Assembly: GCA_964230645.1 (NCBI GenBank)
Contig: CAXRHT010000002.1
Location: 1,664,001-1,728,000, forward strand
Direction: 5' to 3'
DNA length: 64,000 nt
From: Bdellovibrionales bacterium
Lineage (GTDB): Bacteria > Bdellovibrionota > Bdellovibrionia > Bdellovibrionales > JAGQZY01
The notes under the pieces were generated by a model that had not been told where the DNA came from, did not search any database, and saw only the letters and a list, made by a program, of their open reading frames with translations. How positions within the stretch are numbered: position 1 is the first letter of the stretch; each line of letters starts with the position of its first letter. Shown here one piece after another: positions 32,301 to 40,059 of the stretch. Position numbers and translations under genes: made by a program.

Positions 32301-32972
32301 TTTGTGAGCCTTTTCTCCATCAAAGTTAGTATAGGTGTGTTCTTTGGCTTGCTTAAAAATCTTTCGAATTCTAGGAACAAGGTCCGCCACCGTTTCGTCA
32401 AAAGCAATGGGGTCAATTTGCGAATAAATGGTAGAGATTTTGATGGAAAGGTAATCGATATTGGGATTTTCCAAAGTGTTCATGTATTTATCGATACGAC
32501 TTTGGGCCTCGGCCTCTCCTAAGACCACTTCACCAATGACGTTAATGTTCACTCGCGTATCGTCATGCTTACGGGCCTTCATATGTTTTGCGAGCTGTTT
32601 GTCGTCAGCGGGCAACACCACCCTTTTGGTGTCTTCTCGGATATTTTCCACAAACATAGGTATAGAAATTTGCGGCATATAAGTACCGGCATGGCGGAAT
32701 AGGAAAACAAGGAATCGTTCAGAGTTAGTGAAAAACGTGGCCATTCCGTATTTGGAAAATAAATAGTCAATTTGGTTTTCAACCCGTGAAACATCATGGC
32801 TTCTAAAGCTCTGGTCCATCAGCTCAATCAAAAAGACTTTATCAACAGGATTGTTTAATAGTTTCTGCATTTTCGCATGGAAGGCGTTTTCAAAGTCTGA
32901 CATTTTGGTGGTGGCGACATCTTGCCACTTTGTTGCTAGGTCGATGGCTTTGTTCATTACCTCTTTGTTCAT
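29376..32972 (-). CDS. putA: bifunctional proline dehydrogenase / P5C dehydrogenase
   Basis: NLDMEEY, VRLVKGAN, ASHN, YLVRRLDEN; PWNFP, ETGGK, GQKCSA, ELFGP, QPFGG; RBS favours ATG at 32972. Confidence 0.95.
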   Translation of the reverse strand: MNKEVMNKAIDLATKWQDVATTKMSDFENAFHAKMQKLLNNPVDKVFLIELMDQSFRSHDVSRVENQIDYLFSKYGMATFFTNSERFLVFLFRHAGTYMPQISIPMFVENIREDTKRVVLPADDKQLAKHMKARKHDDTRVNINVIGEVVLGEAEAQSRIDKYMNTLENPNIDYLSIKISTIYSQIDPIAFDETVADLVPRIRKIFKQAKEHTYTNFDGEKAHKFVNLDMEEYRDLRITVEAFKEALEDPELKDYHAGIVLQAYLPDAHIWQKDLTEWAKKRVADGGAPIKVRLVKGANHEMEKTEASIRRWRLATYTDKIDTDSNYKIMAEYALKPENAKAVHLGAASHNLFELAYALELAKHYDVMQYFSIEMLEGMSEAARVAIKEVSGQNLILYAPIAGKEQFTNAIAYLVRRLDENTSEDNFIRYSFGLTTDSKEWEMLKQNFIDSFDNRDGLFIGQKRRQNRMDEHWDDYKEGTFHTYNFTNEPDTDFILEANQRWAEKIREKWMKSPGDELETIPTVVAGEDRIGEREVEKRPDKSQLHLKVDAGQYAKANADDLKQAVDVAAEDPDKWRKLTRRQRHEILSNVAIEVRKRRGDLIGVAAAEVGKVFTETDVEVSEAVDFLEFYSESTRHYEAHKNLEFEGKGIGLVVPPWNFPIAIPLGGIAATLAAGNTAIIKPASNAVMCAYELCKCFWDAGVSKNTLQFVPCPGSLAGEHLIKDDRIDFVILTGGESTAQKMLEARPNLYLTAETGGKDATIVTAMADREQAIKNVIHSAFSNSGQKCSATSLLILENEIYFDRKFRDALVDAAQSLEVGSVWDFKNRIGTMAGPVTGDLKWALEHLEEGESWVLKPEYADHNEYMLKPSIKWGVKEGAFCHMTELFGPCLAVMRADDLKHAVEIVNATGYGLTSGIESLDDREVDYWKKNLRAGNLYVNRGTTGAIVLRQPFGGLGKSAIGAGRKVGYFNYISQFMNFKELRKPHVPELRSSKLVKLADRWDTDSRFAEMSEDIGKLQAALQSYMYNLEKEFTKERDFFKLRGEDNIFRYLKLKYVTIRVCDGDSLFESMARILAAKVCGVRIRVSLEENLNNKVAQFLFRYSQKILKEDDFMRRESEADFAKSFPEVDRIMYAKQENISEFVFQKAAEALTFIVRQPPMMEGRVELLNFFEEQAISHQYHRYGNLGARAITQEES

Positions 32973-33224
32973 TTTACCTCTCTCTTTTCCGCTCAATTTT
33001 AGGTTCTTCGTTTTCTACTTTGGGGACTGACAACAAGCAAGGTTTTGCTGTCCCATGACATTTGTAAATGCTTGAAATCAAAGGTTTTGAAGGGGCAGGT
33101 TAACATAATCTACAAAAAAAGACACATGACGTCTTACGCCATAGGGCCGAACCGTTATTTATTGAAGATGACTGCACTCTTGCTACACTAAATGGACTTT
33201 AATAGAGGAGCTGAGGAGATCATT

Positions 33225-34052
33225 ATGTCCATAAGAAAAATTTTCGTTTTATTAGTTAGCATCGGACTTTTAAGCGCTTGTTCATCAAGCGAAGAGAAGC
33301 AGGAGTTTCAAGCTAAAACCACTTCCACGATTGTTACTAAAGAGATTCCCTATATGGTGGGTGACAAGAAAATGAAGGGCTTTTTAGCCATTCCTGCCGG
33401 TGAAGGTCCTTTTCCTGGTGTGATTGTCGTACACGAATGGTGGGGTCAAACGGAGTATCCACGGGACCGTGCTCGTAAGCTTGCCAAAGCGGGATACGTC
33501 GGGTTTGCGGTTGATATGTATGGCGAGGGGAAAACTTTTGATCACCCCAAAGGAGCTAAAGCCTTCTCCCAAAAAGTGATGGAAGATCTCGACAAGGCCG
33601 AAGAAAACTTTCGAGTGGCCTTGGCGACCTTGAAGGCGCAAAAAAAGGTGAAACCTGAAAGCATCGCGGCTCTGGGCTACTGTTTTGGCGGAGGCATTGT
33701 TCTGGAGATGGCTCGCCGAGGAATCGACATCGACATGGTGGCCAGCTACCACGGCAACCTAACGCCAATCGTTAAAAACGAGGTCACAAAATTTCCAGCG
33801 CGAGTTCTTATCTTCAATGGTGCTAAGGACCCCTTCGTCCCCAAAAAAGCTGTTGAAACCACGAGAAAGAAGCTCAAAGAAGCCAATATTCGTTATAAGT
33901 TTTTTAATATCAAAAATGCCACTCATGGCTTCACCAACCCCGAAGCAACAGCAATGGGTAAAAAGCATGATCTTCCACTCGCATACAATGAGAAAGCCGA
34001 TAAAAAATCTTGGGAGGAAACTCTCAAAGCATTTAAAGTCGTCTTTAAATAA
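33225..34052 (+). CDS. dienelactone hydrolase family lipoprotein
   Basis: LSAC lipobox; VHEWWG, GYCFGG, DPFV, HGFTNP. Confidence 0.92.
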   Translation: MSIRKIFVLLVSIGLLSACSSSEEKQEFQAKTTSTIVTKEIPYMVGDKKMKGFLAIPAGEGPFPGVIVVHEWWGQTEYPRDRARKLAKAGYVGFAVDMYGEGKTFDHPKGAKAFSQKVMEDLDKAEENFRVALATLKAQKKVKPESIAALGYCFGGGIVLEMARRGIDIDMVASYHGNLTPIVKNEVTKFPARVLIFNGAKDPFVPKKAVETTRKKLKEANIRYKFFNIKNATHGFTNPEATAMGKKHDLPLAYNEKADKKSWEETLKAFKVVFK

Positions 34053-34060
34053 GGATTAAA

Positions 34061-35212
34061 ATGGCGGAACCCCTAAAGAACGCGATCGATGATTCCTACC
34101 TCTTAAAGCTTGGACGAGAGATTAGTCGCTACCAAAAAGACTTCTCTCCGACCGCTTTTAGAAATGAGTGCTTGGGAAAAGACTGGGACGATTTGGCTCT
34201 CAAAGAGCGCATCACTCGTATTACCCAGAGTCTTGAGAATCACCTACCGGGAACCTTCAAGCAAAAAATAGCGACTTTAAAAAAGGTGGCTCCTCAATTC
34301 ACTGGCTATAAAGCTTTTTACTTTCCGGAGTTTGTTTCAACATTCGGCATGAGTGAAAAGGATCGCCAGACGTCTCTTGAGGCCATGAAAACCTTTACAC
34401 GCTATTCAAGCTCCGAGTTTGCGGTTCGCCCTTTTATTCAAAAAAATCCGAAAGAAATGATGGAATGGATGAAGAGTTTGGCAGAGAGTAACAACGAGGA
34501 TGAAAGACGCTTGGCTTCTGAAGGTTGTCGCCCTCGCCTGCCTTGGAGTTTCAATCTAAAAGAATTTATCGATGATCCAAGTCCTATTTTTCCCATTCTT
34601 GAAAAACTCGCCAATGACCCCTCCCTGTATGTGCGGCGCTCAGTGGCTAATAATCTTAACGATATTTCAAAGGACCACCCCAAAAAAGTTCTGAGTTGGA
34701 TTAAAAAGCTAGTAAAGAAAAACAAAAGCTCTGAGACACTCTGGATTGCCCATCAGTCGCTAAGGACGTTGCTGAAAAAAGGTAACAGTGAAGCCCTAAA
34801 AATACTCGGCTTCTCCGATCAGCCCCCTGTTAAAGCAAGCCCATTGAAGTTGTCCAGCACACACCTCAAGCTTGGTGAGACTCTTGAGTTTGAAATGAGT
34901 TTTGAAAACACTTCAAAAAAAGATGTGCCCTTGCTAGTGGATTTTATCTTCCATTTCAGAAAGAAATCCGGGGAAGTTAACCCAAAGGTTTTTCGTTGGC
35001 GGAAATTTGTTCTAAAAGCGGGTGAGAAAAAAAATCTGACGAAAAAACATCCTTTTAAAGATCTCAGCACCCGAGAGCATGTGGAGGGAGAGCAATTTCT
35101 CCAGGTTCAGTACAATGGTCAATTGACCACAAAAAAGAAATTCTTGCTTGAGGCAAAGAAAGCCAAAAAGAAAAAAAAGACTTCGAAGAAGAGCAAGAAG
35201 AAGAAGTCTTAA
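34061..35212 (+). CDS. HEAT-repeat DNA alkylation repair glycosylase (AlkC-like)
   Basis: SSEFAVRPF, RRLASEGCRPRLPW, DPSLYVRRSVANNLNDISK, C-terminal Ig-like domain. Confidence 0.88.
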   Translation: MAEPLKNAIDDSYLLKLGREISRYQKDFSPTAFRNECLGKDWDDLALKERITRITQSLENHLPGTFKQKIATLKKVAPQFTGYKAFYFPEFVSTFGMSEKDRQTSLEAMKTFTRYSSSEFAVRPFIQKNPKEMMEWMKSLAESNNEDERRLASEGCRPRLPWSFNLKEFIDDPSPIFPILEKLANDPSLYVRRSVANNLNDISKDHPKKVLSWIKKLVKKNKSSETLWIAHQSLRTLLKKGNSEALKILGFSDQPPVKASPLKLSSTHLKLGETLEFEMSFENTSKKDVPLLVDFIFHFRKKSGEVNPKVFRWRKFVLKAGEKKNLTKKHPFKDLSTREHVEGEQFLQVQYNGQLTTKKKFLLEAKKAKKKKKTSKKSKKKKS

Positions 35213-35266
35213 AATCAATGGAAGGAATTGCTTCCTATCCCCCCCTTCATTTGATAAAGAGTCCCT

Positions 35267-36007
35267 ATGGCTACAAAACAAATCTTAAGTTTTAATTTCG
35301 AACCCGGATATAAAGTTAAAAATAAATATGAGATCGTTAAGAAGCTCGGGGGCGGCTGGGAAGGCGAAGTCTATAAGGCAGAAGAAATCGTCAGCGGCAT
35401 CCCTGTGGCTCTTAAATTCTTTTACCCAAAGAGAAACCGCAAAAACAAGGTTGCCAACCAATATGCCCAGAGGCTTTATCGCCTCTCTGAGAGTTCCGTT
35501 TCGATCAATTATTACACGCAAGAGACGATGACAATTAAAGGCCAGCCGGTGACCTGTTTTGTTTATGAGTATGCTGAGGGAATGATTTTATCCCACTTCC
35601 TCAAGCGCCAGCCCGGTGGTCGGATTGGGATCATGCAAGGTCTGCTTCTTCTCCACTCCCTCGCTAAAGGTATTGAAAATGTCCATTTTCACAAGGAATA
35701 CCATGGTGATTTACACACCGATAATATTATCATTAAAAGAAAGGGACTCGGTTTCGAGTTTAAACTGCTCGATATGTACAACTGGGGAGATGCAAAAAGC
35801 TTGAATAAGGCCGAAGACATTCTTAATTTGGTCAGAATTTTTTACGAAGCCATCGGTGGTAAGAAATACTACTCTAAGCATCCCCAAGAAGTGAAAGATA
35901 TCTGCTGTGGGCTACGTTCAAACTTGATTTTAAAAAAGTTTCGAACAGCCACCTTGTTAAGGCAGCATATCGAAAATATCGAATGGACGAGCGAGACTCG
36001 ACTATAG
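35267..36007 (+). CDS. small Ser/Thr protein kinase-like protein
   Basis: LGGGWEGEVY, VALK, YEYAEG, HGDLHTDN, LLDMY. Confidence 0.85.
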   Translation: MATKQILSFNFEPGYKVKNKYEIVKKLGGGWEGEVYKAEEIVSGIPVALKFFYPKRNRKNKVANQYAQRLYRLSESSVSINYYTQETMTIKGQPVTCFVYEYAEGMILSHFLKRQPGGRIGIMQGLLLLHSLAKGIENVHFHKEYHGDLHTDNIIIKRKGLGFEFKLLDMYNWGDAKSLNKAEDILNLVRIFYEAIGGKKYYSKHPQEVKDICCGLRSNLILKKFRTATLLRQHIENIEWTSETRL

Positions 36008-36029
36008 GACCTTTCTTTTATGCTCATCA

Positions 36030-36860
36030 ATGGATGTGATGAGTGTAAGAGATAACTCTGGAGCGACATGGATGGCAAAAGCGGAACTGGTACTGCAAGC
36101 AGACTTTGACCAACCTCACGTTTTTGAGGAAAAAGAGTCGCTCATCTATTTTTCCAAAAAATCTCCTTTCAAAGACACTTGTAATGAAGACGCTATTGGA
36201 ATTTTCCCGGTGGGTGATGGAATGGTTTTTGTAGTCGCCGATGGAGCTGGTGGTCACCCCAAAGGGGAAGAGGCGGCAAGAAGAGTGCTCGTACAAATGG
36301 AAAAACATTTGAAAGCCCGAGACCCCAAAGCGGAGTCTTTAAGAATTCCGATCATCAACGCTATTGAGCAAGCCAACAAAGAACTTCTTGATGAAGGTAT
36401 CGGTGCTAGAACAACAGTGACTGTCTGTGAGGTCTTTAATAACAAAGCTCGCGGCTATCAGGTGGGAGATTCCACATTGTTTATCTGCGGACTCCGCGGA
36501 AAAATTAAATACAAATCCACCTCCCATTCTCCTGTTGGCTACGGAATTGAAGCTGGACTTATTGACGAACATGAAGCCCTGGATCACCCCGACCTTCATT
36601 ATATTTCCAATCTCGTGGGCGAGAGTGGAATGAAAATAGAAATTGGTCCAGAGATTGAGCTCAACCCAAAGGATTCGGTTTTCTTGGCGTCTGATGGACT
36701 CTTTGATAACTTCCATCCCAATCAGATTGTAGAGATTGTCCGCAAGGGAGAAATGGCTAAAATCTCTACTGAATTGATGAACTCTATCGACGAAAAAATC
36801 TACAAACAAGACGACTCAAAAAAAGACGACATCAGTTTTATTCTCTTTAAAAACGAATAG
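36030..36860 (+). CDS. PP2C-family Ser/Thr phosphatase
   Basis: NEDA, VADGAGG, VGDS, LASDGLFDN, DDIS. Confidence 0.9.
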   Translation: MDVMSVRDNSGATWMAKAELVLQADFDQPHVFEEKESLIYFSKKSPFKDTCNEDAIGIFPVGDGMVFVVADGAGGHPKGEEAARRVLVQMEKHLKARDPKAESLRIPIINAIEQANKELLDEGIGARTTVTVCEVFNNKARGYQVGDSTLFICGLRGKIKYKSTSHSPVGYGIEAGLIDEHEALDHPDLHYISNLVGESGMKIEIGPEIELNPKDSVFLASDGLFDNFHPNQIVEIVRKGEMAKISTELMNSIDEKIYKQDDSKKDDISFILFKNE

Positions 36861-36939
36861 AGAATGCCCCCATAAATCTCATTATGAAATTAGATCATTA
36901 GTTGTTCTCCTATGGGGTCATTTATGGTAGCAATAAGAT

Positions 36940-38208
36940 ATGAAGAACGTAATTCCGGCAATATTTGTATTAGTCCTTTCTATTCTTACACTTAATGCAG
37001 CGCATGCTCAGGAGAGACTCCCCGTTTTTGACGAGATGATCATCCTAGCCCCCCTGCCTCTCAGCCACGAAACCTACACGGTTAAAAAAAATTCGTCGGT
37101 GCATCAGGCCTTGCTTGATGCGGAGATCGAGCCCCAAATCATTCACGATATTGTGAAAGTGGCCCGTCCAAAATTTAATCTTCGTCACGTTCAACCTGGC
37201 ACTCGTTTTGTTATCTCAAAGGAAGCGACGGGAGATCTTAAGCGCATCAGCTTTGATATTTCCCAGCTCACTCGCCTGCAATTGGATTTTTCTCATAACC
37301 AATGGAGCAGCGAGATTGTCGATGTCGAAACCACTAAAAAATTGGTTCACTTTAACGGAGTCATCAACGACAGCCTTTGGGCATCGGCCGTTGAACAAAA
37401 ACTTTCTCCCAGTGTGATCGTCGACTTTGCCGAGGTTTTTGGCTGGCAAGTGGACTTTTCTCGTGAAGTGAGAAAAGGTGATATGTGGCGATTTACGGTG
37501 GAAAAACTTTTCGCCGAAGGTCAGCACGTAGGCTACGGAAATATTGTCTACGCAGAATACAAAAACGGTCCAGAGCTCTACACCGCTTACTACTATCAAA
37601 ACAAAGTCACAAAAACTCGCGGCTATTTTGACGAAAATGGTGAGTCCTTAAGAAAAGTATTTCTTAAAAGTCCCATTAAATTTGGAAGAGTCACCTCTCA
37701 TTTTTCTCGTCGTCGGTTCCACCCGATCCACCGTCGCTACAAAGCCCATAACGGTGTGGATTACGGAGCCCCGCGTGGAACTCCGATCCGTGTGGTTGGT
37801 GAGGGAAGGATCGTAAAAATTGGTCGCTACCGTGGGTCAGGTAAAATGATCGTTGTTGACCACGTGGCAGGTTACAGAACCAAGTATCTTCACATGAGTC
37901 GCTTTAAGCGTGGCATGCGCCGTGGATCAAAAGTTCAGCAAGGTGATATTATTGGTTACGTAGGAGCCACTGGTTATGCCACAGGCCCTCACCTTCACTT
38001 TGAAATGTCTAAACATGGCCGCCTCATGGACCCTCTTAAGGTGAATCTTCCAGCCGCTGATCCTGTGCCTAAATCAGCTCTGGCTCATTTCCGTGATTTT
38101 GTTATAGAAATCAATGAGTCTATTGCAAGTCAGTACCGTCGTACAGCAAGCCAAGACCCTGAGGAAGCTATTCCTTTAAAGGCCAAGACCTCTAAGCTTC
38201 AGAAATAA
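36940..38208 (+). CDS. M23 family peptidoglycan endopeptidase (MepM-like)
   Basis: HNGVDY (HxxxD), YLHM, TGPHLHFE; three-domain MepM-like layout. Confidence 0.93.
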   Translation: MKNVIPAIFVLVLSILTLNAAHAQERLPVFDEMIILAPLPLSHETYTVKKNSSVHQALLDAEIEPQIIHDIVKVARPKFNLRHVQPGTRFVISKEATGDLKRISFDISQLTRLQLDFSHNQWSSEIVDVETTKKLVHFNGVINDSLWASAVEQKLSPSVIVDFAEVFGWQVDFSREVRKGDMWRFTVEKLFAEGQHVGYGNIVYAEYKNGPELYTAYYYQNKVTKTRGYFDENGESLRKVFLKSPIKFGRVTSHFSRRRFHPIHRRYKAHNGVDYGAPRGTPIRVVGEGRIVKIGRYRGSGKMIVVDHVAGYRTKYLHMSRFKRGMRRGSKVQQGDIIGYVGATGYATGPHLHFEMSKHGRLMDPLKVNLPAADPVPKSALAHFRDFVIEINESIASQYRRTASQDPEEAIPLKAKTSKLQK

Positions 38209-38290
38209 ATTCCAGTTCTTATCCTGTCCTTTGACTTAACAATAAGTCTAAAAACTTGGACAGGACAGCTTTCCTTTGCAAAAATAAAAC

Positions 38291-38800
38291 ATGCTTAAAA
38301 AAGTCATTCTTATTACCGTGTTTTGTTTTCCTCTCACCTCTTGGTCCTATTTTCATTTTGAACCAGGTATAGGTTACAACCGAGGTCATTATCAAACCAA
38401 CAAACTCCAGGGAATTGGCCTCACTTTAAAAACCGGGGCTGAGTTTCAAAAGTTTTTTATCTTGGCTGATATTGGCTACCATGATCTTCAATTAGGCTCG
38501 ACTCCAACCTCCACGGCCCTTGACGGTGGTCTTGCCATTGGTGGTGACTTCAAGTCTTGGCGTTTTTGGTTTACCTACCTTGCGATGGCACAATTAGAAA
38601 CCGAGTCTGGCGGGGTTACATCGACCGTTTCTGGGGATGGATTTAAGCTTGGAATTTCAGGGCAGCTCTCGCAGAAAGCTTACATTAATTTAGAGGTTCG
38701 GTTTATTGACTACAACAAACTGGAATCGGATGGGGCTTCAAGCGACATTACTCAGTTCATGGACGCGGCCTTACTTTCAGTGAGTTGGAAGCTTCTCTAA
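38291..38800 (+). CDS. small outer-membrane beta-barrel protein
   Basis: Signal peptide, alternating amphipathic strands, C-terminal LSVSWKLL. Confidence 0.7.
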   Translation: MLKKVILITVFCFPLTSWSYFHFEPGIGYNRGHYQTNKLQGIGLTLKTGAEFQKFFILADIGYHDLQLGSTPTSTALDGGLAIGGDFKSWRFWFTYLAMAQLETESGGVTSTVSGDGFKLGISGQLSQKAYINLEVRFIDYNKLESDGASSDITQFMDAALLSVSWKLL

Positions 38801-38825
38801 GGCTTCAAGTAAGAGGCTCGGTCGC

Positions 38826-39001
38826 GGCTACTCCTCTATTCAGGAAACATTTCATCGGAACTCTCCCGCGAGGCACGCACCCGGGTGCACTTCGTCTCCC
38901 GTGAGGCATCACTCCGTGCTGCTTCACGAGATACGCAGCGCTCGTTGCTCGAGCCTCGCGGGAGAGTTCCGATGAAATGTTTCCTGAATAGAGAAGTAGC
39001 C
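38826..39001. repeat. long inverted-repeat element (MITE/REPIN-like or structured RNA)
   Basis: 49-bp arms 38826-38874 and 38953-39001 match at 48/49; 78-bp interior forms three hairpins. Confidence 0.9.
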
Positions 39002-39061
39002 TCTTTATTCGTTACTGTAGAGTTTAGAGACTTTTGGTGGTTTCGGCCGGTTCTACTTTTT

Positions 39062-39937
39062 TTAATAGAAGTTGAAGCAGATGTTTTTGGCGATTCTTGA
39101 GACTTTTCTGTTGCCTGAGCCTACGGGTAAGGTGGCGTAGACTAGGGTTTCGAAGCCTTGGCGGACGACCATGCCGAAGCCGATGGAATTTTCTATGATC
39201 ATTTTTAGGCCGAGGCCGCTTCCTAGGTTGTCGTTATTTCGGTGTTCTACTTTGGCGAGTCTTGAATCGTGGAAAACTTGGTGGAGTCTCTTTTTTACTC
39301 TCATTTTATTGACCGAACCAAATGGGTCTCGGCAAGTGATGGCAAAAATTTCGTTATTAAAGGAAAGTTGGATTTCTCCTTTGTAACCTTCTGGATAAGA
39401 TATTTCTTGGTTTCTTGGAGCGGTCTGGTAGAGGTAGTTGCCACTTTCATCCGTTGGGGCTGAGTACATGGCGTTTGAGAAAAGCTCGCTAATAATGATC
39501 TTCATATTTTGTTTTATGCTTGAGTTCTTACTGTTCTGATTCACAAACTCTTCACACTGAAATAACAAACCCTCTTTATCTTTTGTTGAGGTAAAGGGAA
39601 GTGTAATTGTGCGTTTACTGCTTTGAGCATTTCTTGTAATTACGGGAATGGGGCTTTTCAAGAATACATCGGGATATTTGCAAATCATCGCACTCATTAA
39701 CAAATTGTAGAGAAAATATTCGTGTTTTTTTTGCATTAAAAAACAAAGGCCGACTTCATCGACCATGCGAAAGATTGTGGAAAGTTGCACTTCCTCTCCA
39801 ACAAACACTATTTTATGAAGATCTCTTTTTACCTGGTTTACCTGTTCGAAATCTAAGACCTCAACGTCCTTCAATAGATTCAACAATCTTTTATCAAGAC
39901 TGTTGGCTGCAATTCCAATGCGATCTAATAATTTCAT
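39062..39937 (-). CDS. hypothetical protein with HATPase_c-like C-terminal domain
   Basis: SELFSNA (N box), RDPFGS (G1-like), GSGLGL (G2); no H box seen. Confidence 0.65.
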   Translation of the reverse strand: MKLLDRIGIAANSLDKRLLNLLKDVEVLDFEQVNQVKRDLHKIVFVGEEVQLSTIFRMVDEVGLCFLMQKKHEYFLYNLLMSAMICKYPDVFLKSPIPVITRNAQSSKRTITLPFTSTKDKEGLLFQCEEFVNQNSKNSSIKQNMKIIISELFSNAMYSAPTDESGNYLYQTAPRNQEISYPEGYKGEIQLSFNNEIFAITCRDPFGSVNKMRVKKRLHQVFHDSRLAKVEHRNNDNLGSGLGLKMIIENSIGFGMVVRQGFETLVYATLPVGSGNRKVSRIAKNICFNFY

Positions 39938-40059
39938 TCAAAACCCAAAACTAAAAAGGTGTTTATGACCCACTCTATAGTTAATAATATCAACTTCTGA
40001 AAGGATGCACAAAACCTCTCAGCATTGGTGAGAGACAATTGTCCAGTGTTTTTTTTGTT

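Noticed and set aside
26325..36860. Histone and kinase/PP2C as one chromatin-modification system
   Set aside because: They are about 8.5 kb apart with unrelated genes in both orientations between them; no sequence support for a link
38875..38952. tRNA inside the long palindrome
   Set aside because: Three hairpins, but no T-loop GTTC, D-loop or 7-nt anticodon loop, and no CCA end
38885..39100. 71-aa ORF across the palindrome
   Set aside because: Lies over the repeat, has no RBS and no recognisable motif
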